NCBI GenBank assembly: GCA_047974325.1
Contig: JBKECE010000237.1
Coordinates: 2,323-66,322 of the forward strand
Source: Dysgonomonas sp.
GTDB lineage: Bacteria; Bacteroidota; Bacteroidia; Bacteroidales; Dysgonomonadaceae
Direction of reading: 5' to 3'
DNA: 64,000 nt
A model generated the notes under the pieces. That model saw only the letters and a list, made by a program, of their open reading frames with translations, did no database searches and had not been told where the DNA came from. Positions 39,500 through 48,429 of the stretch are shown piece by piece (position 1 is the stretch's first letter; every line of letters starts with the position of its first letter). The translations under genes and the position numbers were made by a program.

Positions 39500-42400
39500 A
39501 TGATGAATAATGTTGTTCTAAAATCATCTGTCAGAAAACAAGTACCTGTCACGTTCGGGATTCGCAGCTTTCTGACAGTTCTGATTATTTTTAGTTTCCA
39601 GATCGCAGCTTTTGCTCAAAATGGCAAACAAATATCCGGTTTTGTCAAAGACAAGAATGGCGAAAGCCTTATCGGAGTTGCAGTTTTGGTCAAAGGTGAA
39701 ACAAGAGGAACTACAACGGATTTCGATGGAAAATACAATCTGACCGTGTCTGACAAAACAGTGTTGGTGTTTTCCTATCTGGGTTTTCAAACACAAGAAG
39801 TTACTGTCGGAGATAGAACGGTTTTGGACGTAATGATGCAAAGTGATAGCCAGTTGATAGATGAAGTTGTTGTTGTCGGTTATGGAACGCAACGCAAAGC
39901 AACCCTTACGGGAGCTGTGTCAACGGTGGGGACAAATGAAATTAACACAGCCACAGCATCGAACGTAAAAGACCTTTTGGCTGGCAAGCTTGCGGGTGTC
40001 AGAGTGCAGCAGCAAACCGGAGAACCCGGTTCTTATTCTTCCAAAATGGATATTCGCGGTTTAGGCTCTCCTCTCATTGTCATAGATGGTGTGATCAGGG
40101 ATGAAGCTGCCTTTCAACGTCTCGAGCCTAATGAAATAGAAAGCGTAAGTGTCTTGAAAGATGCCTCGGCTGCTGTTTATGGTATGCGTGCAGCAAATGG
40201 AGCTGTGGTAGTTACCACTAAAAGAGGACAAAATGGCAAGACTAAGATTGAATATTCCGGAACTATCGGGTTTCAGAATCCGTCGGGTTTGCCCGATGTG
40301 CTGAATGCTTCGCAATATGTAGAATTGGTGCGTGAAGCCGATAAAAATATGGGGCGCGGCATTAATGCTACTTACACGGAAGCGGATCTGGCTCGTTTGA
40401 GTCAATCTGGAGGAACGGATTGGTATAGTCTTATGATCCGCGATGCAGCACTACAAACACATCACAACATATCGGCAAGCGGAAGCACCGACCGAGTGAA
40501 CTATTTCTTGTCTTTCGGTTATTATGCCGAGGATGGAATATGGAAAAGCGGAGATTTAAATTATGAACGTTACAATCTGAGGTCTAATCTCGGATTCACT
40601 ATAACAAAAGGTCTGAAAGCAGATGTGATCATCAATGCAACAACAGATGCCAAGAATCAACCTTATAAGGATACTTGGGAACAATTCAAATCTTTATGGC
40701 TACTCAAACCTGTGGACACTCCGTATGCTAACGATAATTCGGATTATCTAAACGATGTGCTCTATGGCTTGAACCCTTTGGCTACGACGAACGCAGACTT
40801 GTCAGGATATAAAAAGAGTGAAAATAAATTGTTCAATACATCATTTTCCCTAACCTATGATACACCTTTCCTAAAAGGACTGACAGCTAAGTTATTATAT
40901 AGTTATGACTATCAAATGACTGAGAACAAGAATTTCCAGAAATCATATTCTTTATATAAATATGATGGTGCTTCGGATCTATACACAGCTTATCTATACA
41001 ATAATCCGTCATCACTCTATCGACGGACGTGGAATCAGTCGCAAAATATGTTTCAGGCATCGCTCAACTATGAAACGTCTATAGACAAAAAACATAATAT
41101 CAAGGGGCTTCTGTTGTTCGAGAAAAGCAGCCTGAAAAAAGATAATTTCTATGGATCGGCCAATTTTGATATGGATGCAGTGGACGAGTTATATGCCACA
41201 TCGAAAGAAGATCAGGTGGTGTCGTCTGATATAAACAATATCTGGGAACAAAAAAATGCAGGACTCATTGGTCGTGTCAATTATGACTATCTGTCAAAAT
41301 ATCTTTTGGAACTTAGTTTCAGATATGATGGATCTTCCAAATTCGCAAAAGGATATCGTTGGGGATTTTTTCCTGCCATTTCGGGAGGATACAGAATCTC
41401 TGAAGAAAATTTCATGAAAGAAAACAATAGCCTCAGATTTATAACCAACCTGAAATTGAGAGCATCGTACGGTAGCATGGGAGACGACAGCTCCTCGACT
41501 TATCAATATCTGACCGGATATGAATATCCGGGAGCAAGTTATGTGTTTGGAGATAATGCTTATAGTGGACTGGCTTTCAAATCACTGGCTAACGAAAATT
41601 TATCGTGGTTCAAATCCAAAACATTGAATCTGGGAACAGACATTGAATTGTGGAATGGTTTGCTATCTTCTGAGATTGACTTTTTCTGGCGATATCGTTC
41701 AGGATTGTTTGCAACGAGGGATGCCCAGATTCCGGGAACATTCGGAGCATCTTTTCCTCAAGAAAATCTCGAAAAAGATTTGTATAAAGGCTTTGAGGTA
41801 ACATTGACACACAGAAATAAAATTAATAATGTCAACTATTCGTTAAGTGGCAATTTTGCAATCACAAGGAGTATGTGGCGTTCGCGGATTGAGGGTGATT
41901 ACAAGAATTCATACGATAGATGGAGAAATAGTTATCAGGGAAGATATAAGGATATGGGCTGGGCATATGGATCAGAAGGTCAGTTTGTTTCCATGCAGGA
42001 TATTTGGAACTCTCCAATTCAGGATGGGCAAGGAGGTGCAACACAATTGCCCGGCGACTGGAAATATGAGGACTGGAATGGAGACGGCGTGATAGATGAT
42101 AAAGATTACTATCCGAACACATACGAATATGCCGATGGAAGCAGCAATCCCAAAATGACCTTCGGGTCAACTATTACGGCCGAATGGAAAGGCTTTGACA
42201 TAAATATCTTATTCCAAGGTGCAGCAGGATTCAATGTACGCTATCTTGAACAAATGCAATATCCATTGTGCTTCAGTGGAGGAGGTTTGGCCTATTTCTA
42301 CGACCGTTGGCATCAGGATAACGATGGAAATTGGATTTCGGGAAGATGGCCTACCACTCGCGATGCAGGTTCATACGCAACAAATTATAAAAATGCATTG

Positions 42401-42637
42401 CAAACAACTTACAATGCCTCTTATCTGAGAATAAAGAGTGCGGAATTAGGTTATACCCTGCCTCAAAAACTGATCCAAAGATCGGGTCTGGAGAGCGTAC
42501 GCTTTTCAGTGAGCGGATACAATCTGATCACATTCTCTAACCTTGACTTTGTGGATCCGGAGCATCCTGACGGGTCTTATGGATACCTCTATCCAATCAT
42601 GAGAAACTTCAACTTTGGAGTCAATGTTGTATTCTAA
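39500..42637 (+). CDS. susC: SusC-family TonB-dependent outer-membrane transporter (no STN/anti-sigma signalling extension)
   Basis: The signal peptide is followed directly by a CarboxypepD_reg domain (ISGFVKDKNGESLIGVAVLVKGETRGTTTDFDGKYNL...FSYLGFQTQEV). The SusC TonB-box/plug follows: DEVVVVGYGTQRKATLTGAVS...SVLKDASAAVYGMRAANGAVVVTTKRG. The C-terminus is ...NFNFGVNVVF. Confidence 0.93.
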   Translation: MMNNVVLKSSVRKQVPVTFGIRSFLTVLIIFSFQIAAFAQNGKQISGFVKDKNGESLIGVAVLVKGETRGTTTDFDGKYNLTVSDKTVLVFSYLGFQTQEVTVGDRTVLDVMMQSDSQLIDEVVVVGYGTQRKATLTGAVSTVGTNEINTATASNVKDLLAGKLAGVRVQQQTGEPGSYSSKMDIRGLGSPLIVIDGVIRDEAAFQRLEPNEIESVSVLKDASAAVYGMRAANGAVVVTTKRGQNGKTKIEYSGTIGFQNPSGLPDVLNASQYVELVREADKNMGRGINATYTEADLARLSQSGGTDWYSLMIRDAALQTHHNISASGSTDRVNYFLSFGYYAEDGIWKSGDLNYERYNLRSNLGFTITKGLKADVIINATTDAKNQPYKDTWEQFKSLWLLKPVDTPYANDNSDYLNDVLYGLNPLATTNADLSGYKKSENKLFNTSFSLTYDTPFLKGLTAKLLYSYDYQMTENKNFQKSYSLYKYDGASDLYTAYLYNNPSSLYRRTWNQSQNMFQASLNYETSIDKKHNIKGLLLFEKSSLKKDNFYGSANFDMDAVDELYATSKEDQVVSSDINNIWEQKNAGLIGRVNYDYLSKYLLELSFRYDGSSKFAKGYRWGFFPAISGGYRISEENFMKENNSLRFITNLKLRASYGSMGDDSSSTYQYLTGYEYPGASYVFGDNAYSGLAFKSLANENLSWFKSKTLNLGTDIELWNGLLSSEIDFFWRYRSGLFATRDAQIPGTFGASFPQENLEKDLYKGFEVTLTHRNKINNVNYSLSGNFAITRSMWRSRIEGDYKNSYDRWRNSYQGRYKDMGWAYGSEGQFVSMQDIWNSPIQDGQGGATQLPGDWKYEDWNGDGVIDDKDYYPNTYEYADGSSNPKMTFGSTITAEWKGFDINILFQGAAGFNVRYLEQMQYPLCFSGGGLAYFYDRWHQDNDGNWISGRWPTTRDAGSYATNYKNALQTTYNASYLRIKSAELGYTLPQKLIQRSGLESVRFSVSGYNLITFSNLDFVDPEHPDGSYGYLYPIMRNFNFGVNVVF

Positions 42638-42650
42638 ATATCAAATAATT

Positions 42651-44441
42651 ATGAAGATAAAATATATAATATTATTATTGCTGACAGTTGGCTTTTTCGG
42701 GTCTTGCGAACTGGATGTCAATCCTAAAAATATTGTTCAGGATGAGTTGGTTTTTTCTTCCGAATCGGGAATCAGGGCTTATTTTGTCACTCTCTATTCA
42801 GACTTGCCTGTCGAAGATTTTAAATTTGGAAAAAATGGATTCAATGCCAGCGGAAATCAGACCTATCTGGCTTTTGTTTCCGGCGAAGCCATCGCTAAAG
42901 ATGATATCAGTAATATCGGAGATGGAACTTGGTGGGGAGCTTGGGATTATGGACGTATCCGCAGAGTGAATTATTTTATTCAGACTTTACCGAAATATAA
43001 AGATAAATATTCCGAAGATAAATATAATGCATGGATGGGCGAAGCCTATTTTATTCGAGCCTATTGCTATTTCTCGATGGTGAAACGATATGGAGGTGTG
43101 CCCATCTTGAAGGAACCACAGGTGTGGACGGGAGATGTGAATGCCCTGAAAGTTCCTCGTAATACCGAGAAAGACTGCTACGATTTCATTGCCGAAGATT
43201 TAGATTTGGCTGCCGATTTGATGGAAAAGGGCAAAACAATACTTTCTGATGCATCATATTCAGGACGGGCAAATGAATTTATCGCTTATGCCTTGAAATC
43301 GAGAGCTATGCTGTATGCAGGAAGCATTGCTCGCTATGGCTCGGTGAATTTGAATGGCTTGGTGGGAATTGAATCACAATATGCCGACCATTATTTTACG
43401 TTGGCTTTTGAAGCTGCTGAAAAAGTTGTGAGTTCGGGCAAATACAGCCTTTACAGGGGCAATACCAACAAAGAGAAGAATTTTACTGAACTGTTTTTGG
43501 CAGATAACAGCAGTGAAAATATTTTTGTGAAAAGCTACAAGCTCAATGTCAATGCTCATAGTTGGGATATATATTGTGTGCCTTATCAATATAGGGGAAC
43601 AGGCTACTCTTCGAGCATAAATCCGACTTTGGATCTGGCTGAGTTGTTTGAATATCAGGATGGATCGGGTGTGAATATTACACAGAAAGCACAAACCATG
43701 CGGTTTGATAAACCAACTGATATTTTTTCAGGATTGGATGCTCGGTTTGGAGGCAGCATCATTTATCCGAATTCAACATTTAAGGGAACGACCTGCACTC
43801 TGCAAAAAGGTCTGATCGTAGAAGACGGTTCTAAGAAAGAAAGTGCAAACAGCGATACCGTGACCTATAGGGCACAGAATGGTAAAACCTATCGGGTTGT
43901 AGGTGAAAGTGGTGTGGGCAAATATTCAGGAAATATGACGGGTTTTGTGATCCGCAAATATTTGAATGAAAGCCAAACTGAAATGAGAGAGAACTATTCT
44001 ACACAACATTGGATAGATTTCCGGTTGGCTGAGATTTACTTGAATGGAGCAGAAGCTGCTGCGGAGCTCAACAATGCAACGGATCAAAGTGAAGCTTTGG
44101 TCTGGATGAACGACCTGAGAGACAGAGCAGGACTCAAAAACTGGAGCAGTTCGGAGTTGACTATAGACAATGTCCGCAAAGAAAGAAGAGTTGAACTTGC
44201 TTTTGAAAATCACGCATATTGGGATTTGAGAAGGTGGCATATAGCCGATAAAATATTTGAAACTACCCGTTTGAGGTCTTTATTTCTGTATCAGGATGTG
44301 AGAGACGACAAATATGTTTTTGAAGTGGGATATCCCAACAGTTATTATTATACATTTGATGTGAAGATGTACTATGAAAAAATACCTGATTCCGAAATAT
44401 CAAAGAATGGATTGTTGGTACAAAACCCTTATTATAACTAA
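42651..44441 (+). CDS. susD: SusD/RagB-family outer-membrane glycan-binding lipoprotein
   Basis: Lipoprotein signal MKIKYIILLLLTVGFFGSC from the ATG at 42651. It lies immediately downstream of susC. SusD-type TPR-like motifs include GEAYFIRAYCYFSMVKRYGGVPI, RLAEIYLNGAEA and ERRVELAFENHAYWDLRRW. Confidence 0.9.
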   Translation: MKIKYIILLLLTVGFFGSCELDVNPKNIVQDELVFSSESGIRAYFVTLYSDLPVEDFKFGKNGFNASGNQTYLAFVSGEAIAKDDISNIGDGTWWGAWDYGRIRRVNYFIQTLPKYKDKYSEDKYNAWMGEAYFIRAYCYFSMVKRYGGVPILKEPQVWTGDVNALKVPRNTEKDCYDFIAEDLDLAADLMEKGKTILSDASYSGRANEFIAYALKSRAMLYAGSIARYGSVNLNGLVGIESQYADHYFTLAFEAAEKVVSSGKYSLYRGNTNKEKNFTELFLADNSSENIFVKSYKLNVNAHSWDIYCVPYQYRGTGYSSSINPTLDLAELFEYQDGSGVNITQKAQTMRFDKPTDIFSGLDARFGGSIIYPNSTFKGTTCTLQKGLIVEDGSKKESANSDTVTYRAQNGKTYRVVGESGVGKYSGNMTGFVIRKYLNESQTEMRENYSTQHWIDFRLAEIYLNGAEAAAELNNATDQSEALVWMNDLRDRAGLKNWSSSELTIDNVRKERRVELAFENHAYWDLRRWHIADKIFETTRLRSLFLYQDVRDDKYVFEVGYPNSYYYTFDVKMYYEKIPDSEISKNGLLVQNPYYN

Positions 44442-44456
44442 AAAAACAAGAAGAAA

Positions 44457-45218
44457 ATGAAGAAAATATTTTATATATTCGGGTTAAGCGCACTAATATT
44501 CACTTCTTGTGACTATTTTGAGCATGACAATTATGATGCACCTGATGCCACATTGAAAGGTGTTGTGAAAGATGCGAAAACTAATGATAATTTATCGACA
44601 GAGATCGCAGCGAGCTTTAAGATAGAATATTATGAGCTGAGCTGGGAAGAAGCAGGACACAGCAACACCGAAGCCCAGATTTTTTGGAACAAAGAAGATG
44701 GTATGTTCAACAATACTAAAATATTTAGTGGAAAGTATCGCATAACTTTGAAGGAGGGAGCTTTCTATGCACCTGAATCGCAGATAGTACAGTTGCAGAG
44801 CAATAAGACAACCGAACTCAATTTTTCAGTAGTACCTTATGCAAGGGTGCAGATTGACGATATCCAGTTGAACGGAACTGCAGATAATAACAATCTGGTG
44901 ATTAAGTATACAGTGCAAGATACAGAATCGGAAATCAATACGGAAACAACCGACGAAGATTTGTATACATTGAGCGAGGCTCGCGTTTTCATATCGAGCA
45001 AATCTCCCAATGTGGGAGTGAACAATAATGAGACGAAATATACGCTGAATGCAAAAAAGAATGTCTCCAACTATACGCCGGGCACCGCTAAATCATATAC
45101 TGAAACCAATGTAAAGAACTTGCCTGCCGGAACATGGTGGATACGCATCGGTGTCAGAACCGACAATCCTCAGAAGAGATACAATTTTACGCCGGTTAAG
45201 GAAATCACTGTTTCTTGA
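44457..45218 (+). CDS. PUL-associated surface lipoprotein in the SusE/F position (DUF3823-like)
   Basis: Lipobox LIFTSC, followed by NYDAPDATLKGVVKDAKTNDNL, a carboxypeptidase-regulatory-like beta-sandwich start as seen in DUF3823-type proteins. The family call rests on recollection of the pattern only. Confidence 0.5.
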   Translation: MKKIFYIFGLSALIFTSCDYFEHDNYDAPDATLKGVVKDAKTNDNLSTEIAASFKIEYYELSWEEAGHSNTEAQIFWNKEDGMFNNTKIFSGKYRITLKEGAFYAPESQIVQLQSNKTTELNFSVVPYARVQIDDIQLNGTADNNNLVIKYTVQDTESEINTETTDEDLYTLSEARVFISSKSPNVGVNNNETKYTLNAKKNVSNYTPGTAKSYTETNVKNLPAGTWWIRIGVRTDNPQKRYNFTPVKEITVS

Positions 45219-45248
45219 TTGCCATTTTATAATTGATTAAAGAAAAGG

Positions 45249-47186
45249 ATGAAAATAAAATTCGCAATAGCACTATTTTTTATCACATTGGTTCCGTCTG
45301 CAACAGTCTGTGCCAATGTGGTAAAGATGGTTCAGGAGAAGTCCGATGAACCGTCTAATCAAGCACTAGTGATTCCTATGGAATCTTCCTCAGTTTCAGT
45401 TTTGTATGATCCGTCAGACAAAGCTTATTTTTCAGGCGATGGAATTAAGGGTACATCAGATGGACTGATTATGGACCTCGGAAATATAGATTTTGGCGAT
45501 AAGCTTTATAATAAAATCTGGATTGAAATGTCCAATATGGCAAACGAAAGCGATTCTGCTAAATTTCAGTTTTATATTGATGGAGAACTAATCTTGCCCG
45601 ATCTTTCGTTGGATATTCCTGTCAATGAACCTGTTATTTCCTACGAAAGTTCAAAGTCTCCCCAAAGTGGAATGTTTTTTAAAAATGCACAGTCCGGCAT
45701 CGTTACAGTCTTTGATGTACGCAAAGATGAAAGTCTGGCAAAACTTTCTTCGATGGTGATGCAAGGTATAATCAATCAGCAAACTGCACAGGTGTATCTT
45801 TACGTTGAAGGACATCATATCACGCAGCTGGCAGAAACCGGCTTGCAAATAAATCTGGAAGAGAGATTGAGCAATGATAAATATGGAGCTTTAGGGGCAA
45901 TGGTCAATAAGTATGGAGATTTGTTTAATAAACTTGTCGTTTGGGACGAAAACAAAGAGTGGACTTGGTGTCTGGCTCAGATGATTTCTGCACAACAGGG
46001 TGGAATTCCTGTGACGGAAGACATAAAAAACTATATAGTGAACGACCTTGGATGGACAAAAGATGTGTATGATATCCGAAATTTGTGGACAAATAAACTT
46101 GATGCTTATCAGTGGGCGATAGATAATCTGGCAGCAAACTGTCATCCGAATATTGGTTTTTCTGCAGGTTTGCGTAACGATTATGTTTCTGCTCCATGGA
46201 AAATATATGATTATGCGGCAGCGACAAAAGGCTTTGTCTTTTATCTGAGCGAAAAAAATTCGGACGAAGCCCAGATGATTGAAAAAATCTGTCAGAAGAT
46301 GAATTATCAACCGGGAGCTTCTATCATGGGATATGGAGCAAGTGATGATGGAGATGGCCTGAATTCTATTATAAATAAATATAATGCGGGATTTATCGTG
46401 AGCGACTATTATGCCAACGGTAGTTTCTGGTGTTCATTCCCATCCAAGTCATTTAATCAGCGCAAAGGCAAACCCATTGATGCAAAAGCAGGAAAAGTCT
46501 ATGTGAGTTTCATTTGGAGTGATGGTGATAACATACAGTTCGATGCAAACAAACTGTACCTGATGTTTAAGAATGCAACAGGCAGAGGTGAAATACCTGT
46601 CGGGGTTACTCTTGCACCGGGATTGCAGGAAATCAATCCATTCTTGCTGGAATATTTTTATAAGAACCTGACTCCGAATGACGAACTGATGGCAGGACCT
46701 TCCGGTTTTCAGTTCATTTATGGTGATTCATACAATTCCTCAACATACAATACATGGCTCGGAATGAATAAGGAATGGATAGAAACAGCCGGATTCAATA
46801 CGGCCTGCCTGTGGAACACGACCGGAAATGCTTTTGACGAATATATGAGAACCTGCAACTTGCAAGGAATATTTGACGGATGGAGCACCGCAAACAATAA
46901 ATATATTAATAATGTGGTTGCCGTCAATCAGGGAACTCATTGCTTCAATGAAGGCGATGTATACAATGATCTGGTCAAGGCAAAACCGGATGCCAATAAA
47001 CCTATTTTCAGAAATTTATATCTCATTGCGGCCAACTATGGTGGTGATGATGGTTATCAGAAACTGAAAAGAGAATTGCTGAAGCTGGAAAATGATTATC
47101 CCGACAGATATGTATACCTTTTGCCGATGGATTTGTGTGCCACGCTAAAAAAATACATAGATGAAAATGGAGGCAGCTATAATTAA
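45249..47186 (+). CDS. Secreted 645-aa protein: N-terminal CBM-like module + large uncharacterised putative glycoside-hydrolase domain (possibly GxGYxYP-family-like)
   Basis: Signal peptide. The N-terminal segment NIDFGDKLYNKIWIEMSNMANESDSAKFQFYIDGE resembles the CBM-like module of the next gene. The body contains LSSMVMQGIINQQTAQVYLY, IWSDGDNIQF and AGPSGFQFIYGD, which recall the GxGYxYP putative hydrolase family. This was not verified by a search. Confidence 0.55.
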   Translation: MKIKFAIALFFITLVPSATVCANVVKMVQEKSDEPSNQALVIPMESSSVSVLYDPSDKAYFSGDGIKGTSDGLIMDLGNIDFGDKLYNKIWIEMSNMANESDSAKFQFYIDGELILPDLSLDIPVNEPVISYESSKSPQSGMFFKNAQSGIVTVFDVRKDESLAKLSSMVMQGIINQQTAQVYLYVEGHHITQLAETGLQINLEERLSNDKYGALGAMVNKYGDLFNKLVVWDENKEWTWCLAQMISAQQGGIPVTEDIKNYIVNDLGWTKDVYDIRNLWTNKLDAYQWAIDNLAANCHPNIGFSAGLRNDYVSAPWKIYDYAAATKGFVFYLSEKNSDEAQMIEKICQKMNYQPGASIMGYGASDDGDGLNSIINKYNAGFIVSDYYANGSFWCSFPSKSFNQRKGKPIDAKAGKVYVSFIWSDGDNIQFDANKLYLMFKNATGRGEIPVGVTLAPGLQEINPFLLEYFYKNLTPNDELMAGPSGFQFIYGDSYNSSTYNTWLGMNKEWIETAGFNTACLWNTTGNAFDEYMRTCNLQGIFDGWSTANNKYINNVVAVNQGTHCFNEGDVYNDLVKAKPDANKPIFRNLYLIAANYGGDDGYQKLKRELLKLENDYPDRYVYLLPMDLCATLKKYIDENGGSYN

Positions 47187-47198
47187 GAACAAATCTTT

Positions 47199-48092
47199 AT
47201 GAGAATGAATAAGGTATTATTATCATTAGTTACATTATTTTCTATTGTAGTCACTTTGCAAGCAGAAGATTTAGACATACCGATGAGCAATCTGTCAGGT
47301 ATCGCTCTCAATATCAATGTTAAGATAGAAAATGTCGGTACTGATGGTGCAAAATATGATAGAACGACACAGTCTATTATCAATACTAGCAATGGCACAA
47401 TTATCAGTATCTCAAAAGTTGATTTTGGAAGTGGACGATACGGTAGTTATAGCTATTTGTATGTGGAATACACAAACCCTGAGGAGGTGACAGACGATGC
47501 TTTCTTTGATGTCTATCTGGACAATGGTACGACCTTGGTTGCATCCATTCCTGTAGAGAAAACGCTGGAAGGAGAGTATGTGAAAAGTTCGTCTACAATG
47601 CAGGTCTGTATGAACAACCAGCGCAATATTTATGTAAAATGGCGCAATCATGCGGCCGATTTGAAGACTTTCGGAGCATACGAAAGAAAGCCCTTGGTGG
47701 AAGTCAGTGCCGTGAAAACCGGATCGCCGCTCGTATATAAATTTTCATCAGCTACGTTTGATGCAATAGAAGGTGTCCATAATCTGAAAATGATGTGGGT
47801 GAAACAGTCAGCTAACGTTTCGGCCATCTATTTTGATAATACGGCTTACAATTCGATAGAACCCGAAACAGAGAATCCATCATATTCGATCAGAACAATG
47901 AATCGCGTTTTGTTCATCACTTCAACTGAGCCTTTAAAACAGGTTGAGGTATATTCAATTGATGGTAAATTGCTATTTAACAGTTCGCAAAAGGGTAATT
48001 CGTTCGAGATACCGCTTCAAAATTTGATTTCAATTTTAAAAATAACAGATTCATCAGGAAATAAAAGTATCAGGAGAATCATATGTAATTGA
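47199..48092 (+). CDS. Secreted tandem CBM-like (CBM6/35-type pattern) protein with T9SS C-terminal sorting domain
   Basis: Signal peptide. Contains VDFGSGRYGSYSYLYVEYTNPEEVTDDAFFDVYLDNGTTLVASIPV and a second module with FDAIEGVHNLKMMWVKQSANVSAIYF. The CTD-like tail is VEVYSIDGKLLFNSSQKGNSFEIPLQNLISILKITDSSGNKSIRRIICN. Confidence 0.6.
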   Translation: MRMNKVLLSLVTLFSIVVTLQAEDLDIPMSNLSGIALNINVKIENVGTDGAKYDRTTQSIINTSNGTIISISKVDFGSGRYGSYSYLYVEYTNPEEVTDDAFFDVYLDNGTTLVASIPVEKTLEGEYVKSSSTMQVCMNNQRNIYVKWRNHAADLKTFGAYERKPLVEVSAVKTGSPLVYKFSSATFDAIEGVHNLKMMWVKQSANVSAIYFDNTAYNSIEPETENPSYSIRTMNRVLFITSTEPLKQVEVYSIDGKLLFNSSQKGNSFEIPLQNLISILKITDSSGNKSIRRIICN

Positions 48093-48110
48093 TAAATGTT
48101 AATTTGATAG

Positions 48111-48159
48111 TTCCGAATTTGGTGATATTAAAAGTCTGCCAAATTCGGAATTTTTTTTT
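48111..48159 (+). terminator. Strong rho-independent terminator closing the PUL operon
   Basis: 12-bp perfect stem ttccgaatttgg / ccaaattcggaa, followed by a run of 9 T. Confidence 0.8.
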
Positions 48160-48429
48160 ATATTGTTGCGTAGCTTACTTTGGACAGTGAATCCATGAAG
48201 TATTTTTCCCCGTCTTTACAATTCTTCATCTGGATACCCTTTTTCAAGGGCAATAATGGAAATATCTGGTGAAGATTCAAAATGCTGTTTTACACCAACT
48301 AAATCTAAAATTACACTATATAAGTCTAAAATTCCCCCGTTCGATTTTTTTCATATAACTAATTTTACCTTCACAAAAAGTTAACCTGTATCAGATTTTC
48401 TAAAAAACACTTATTTATTAAAAAATACC

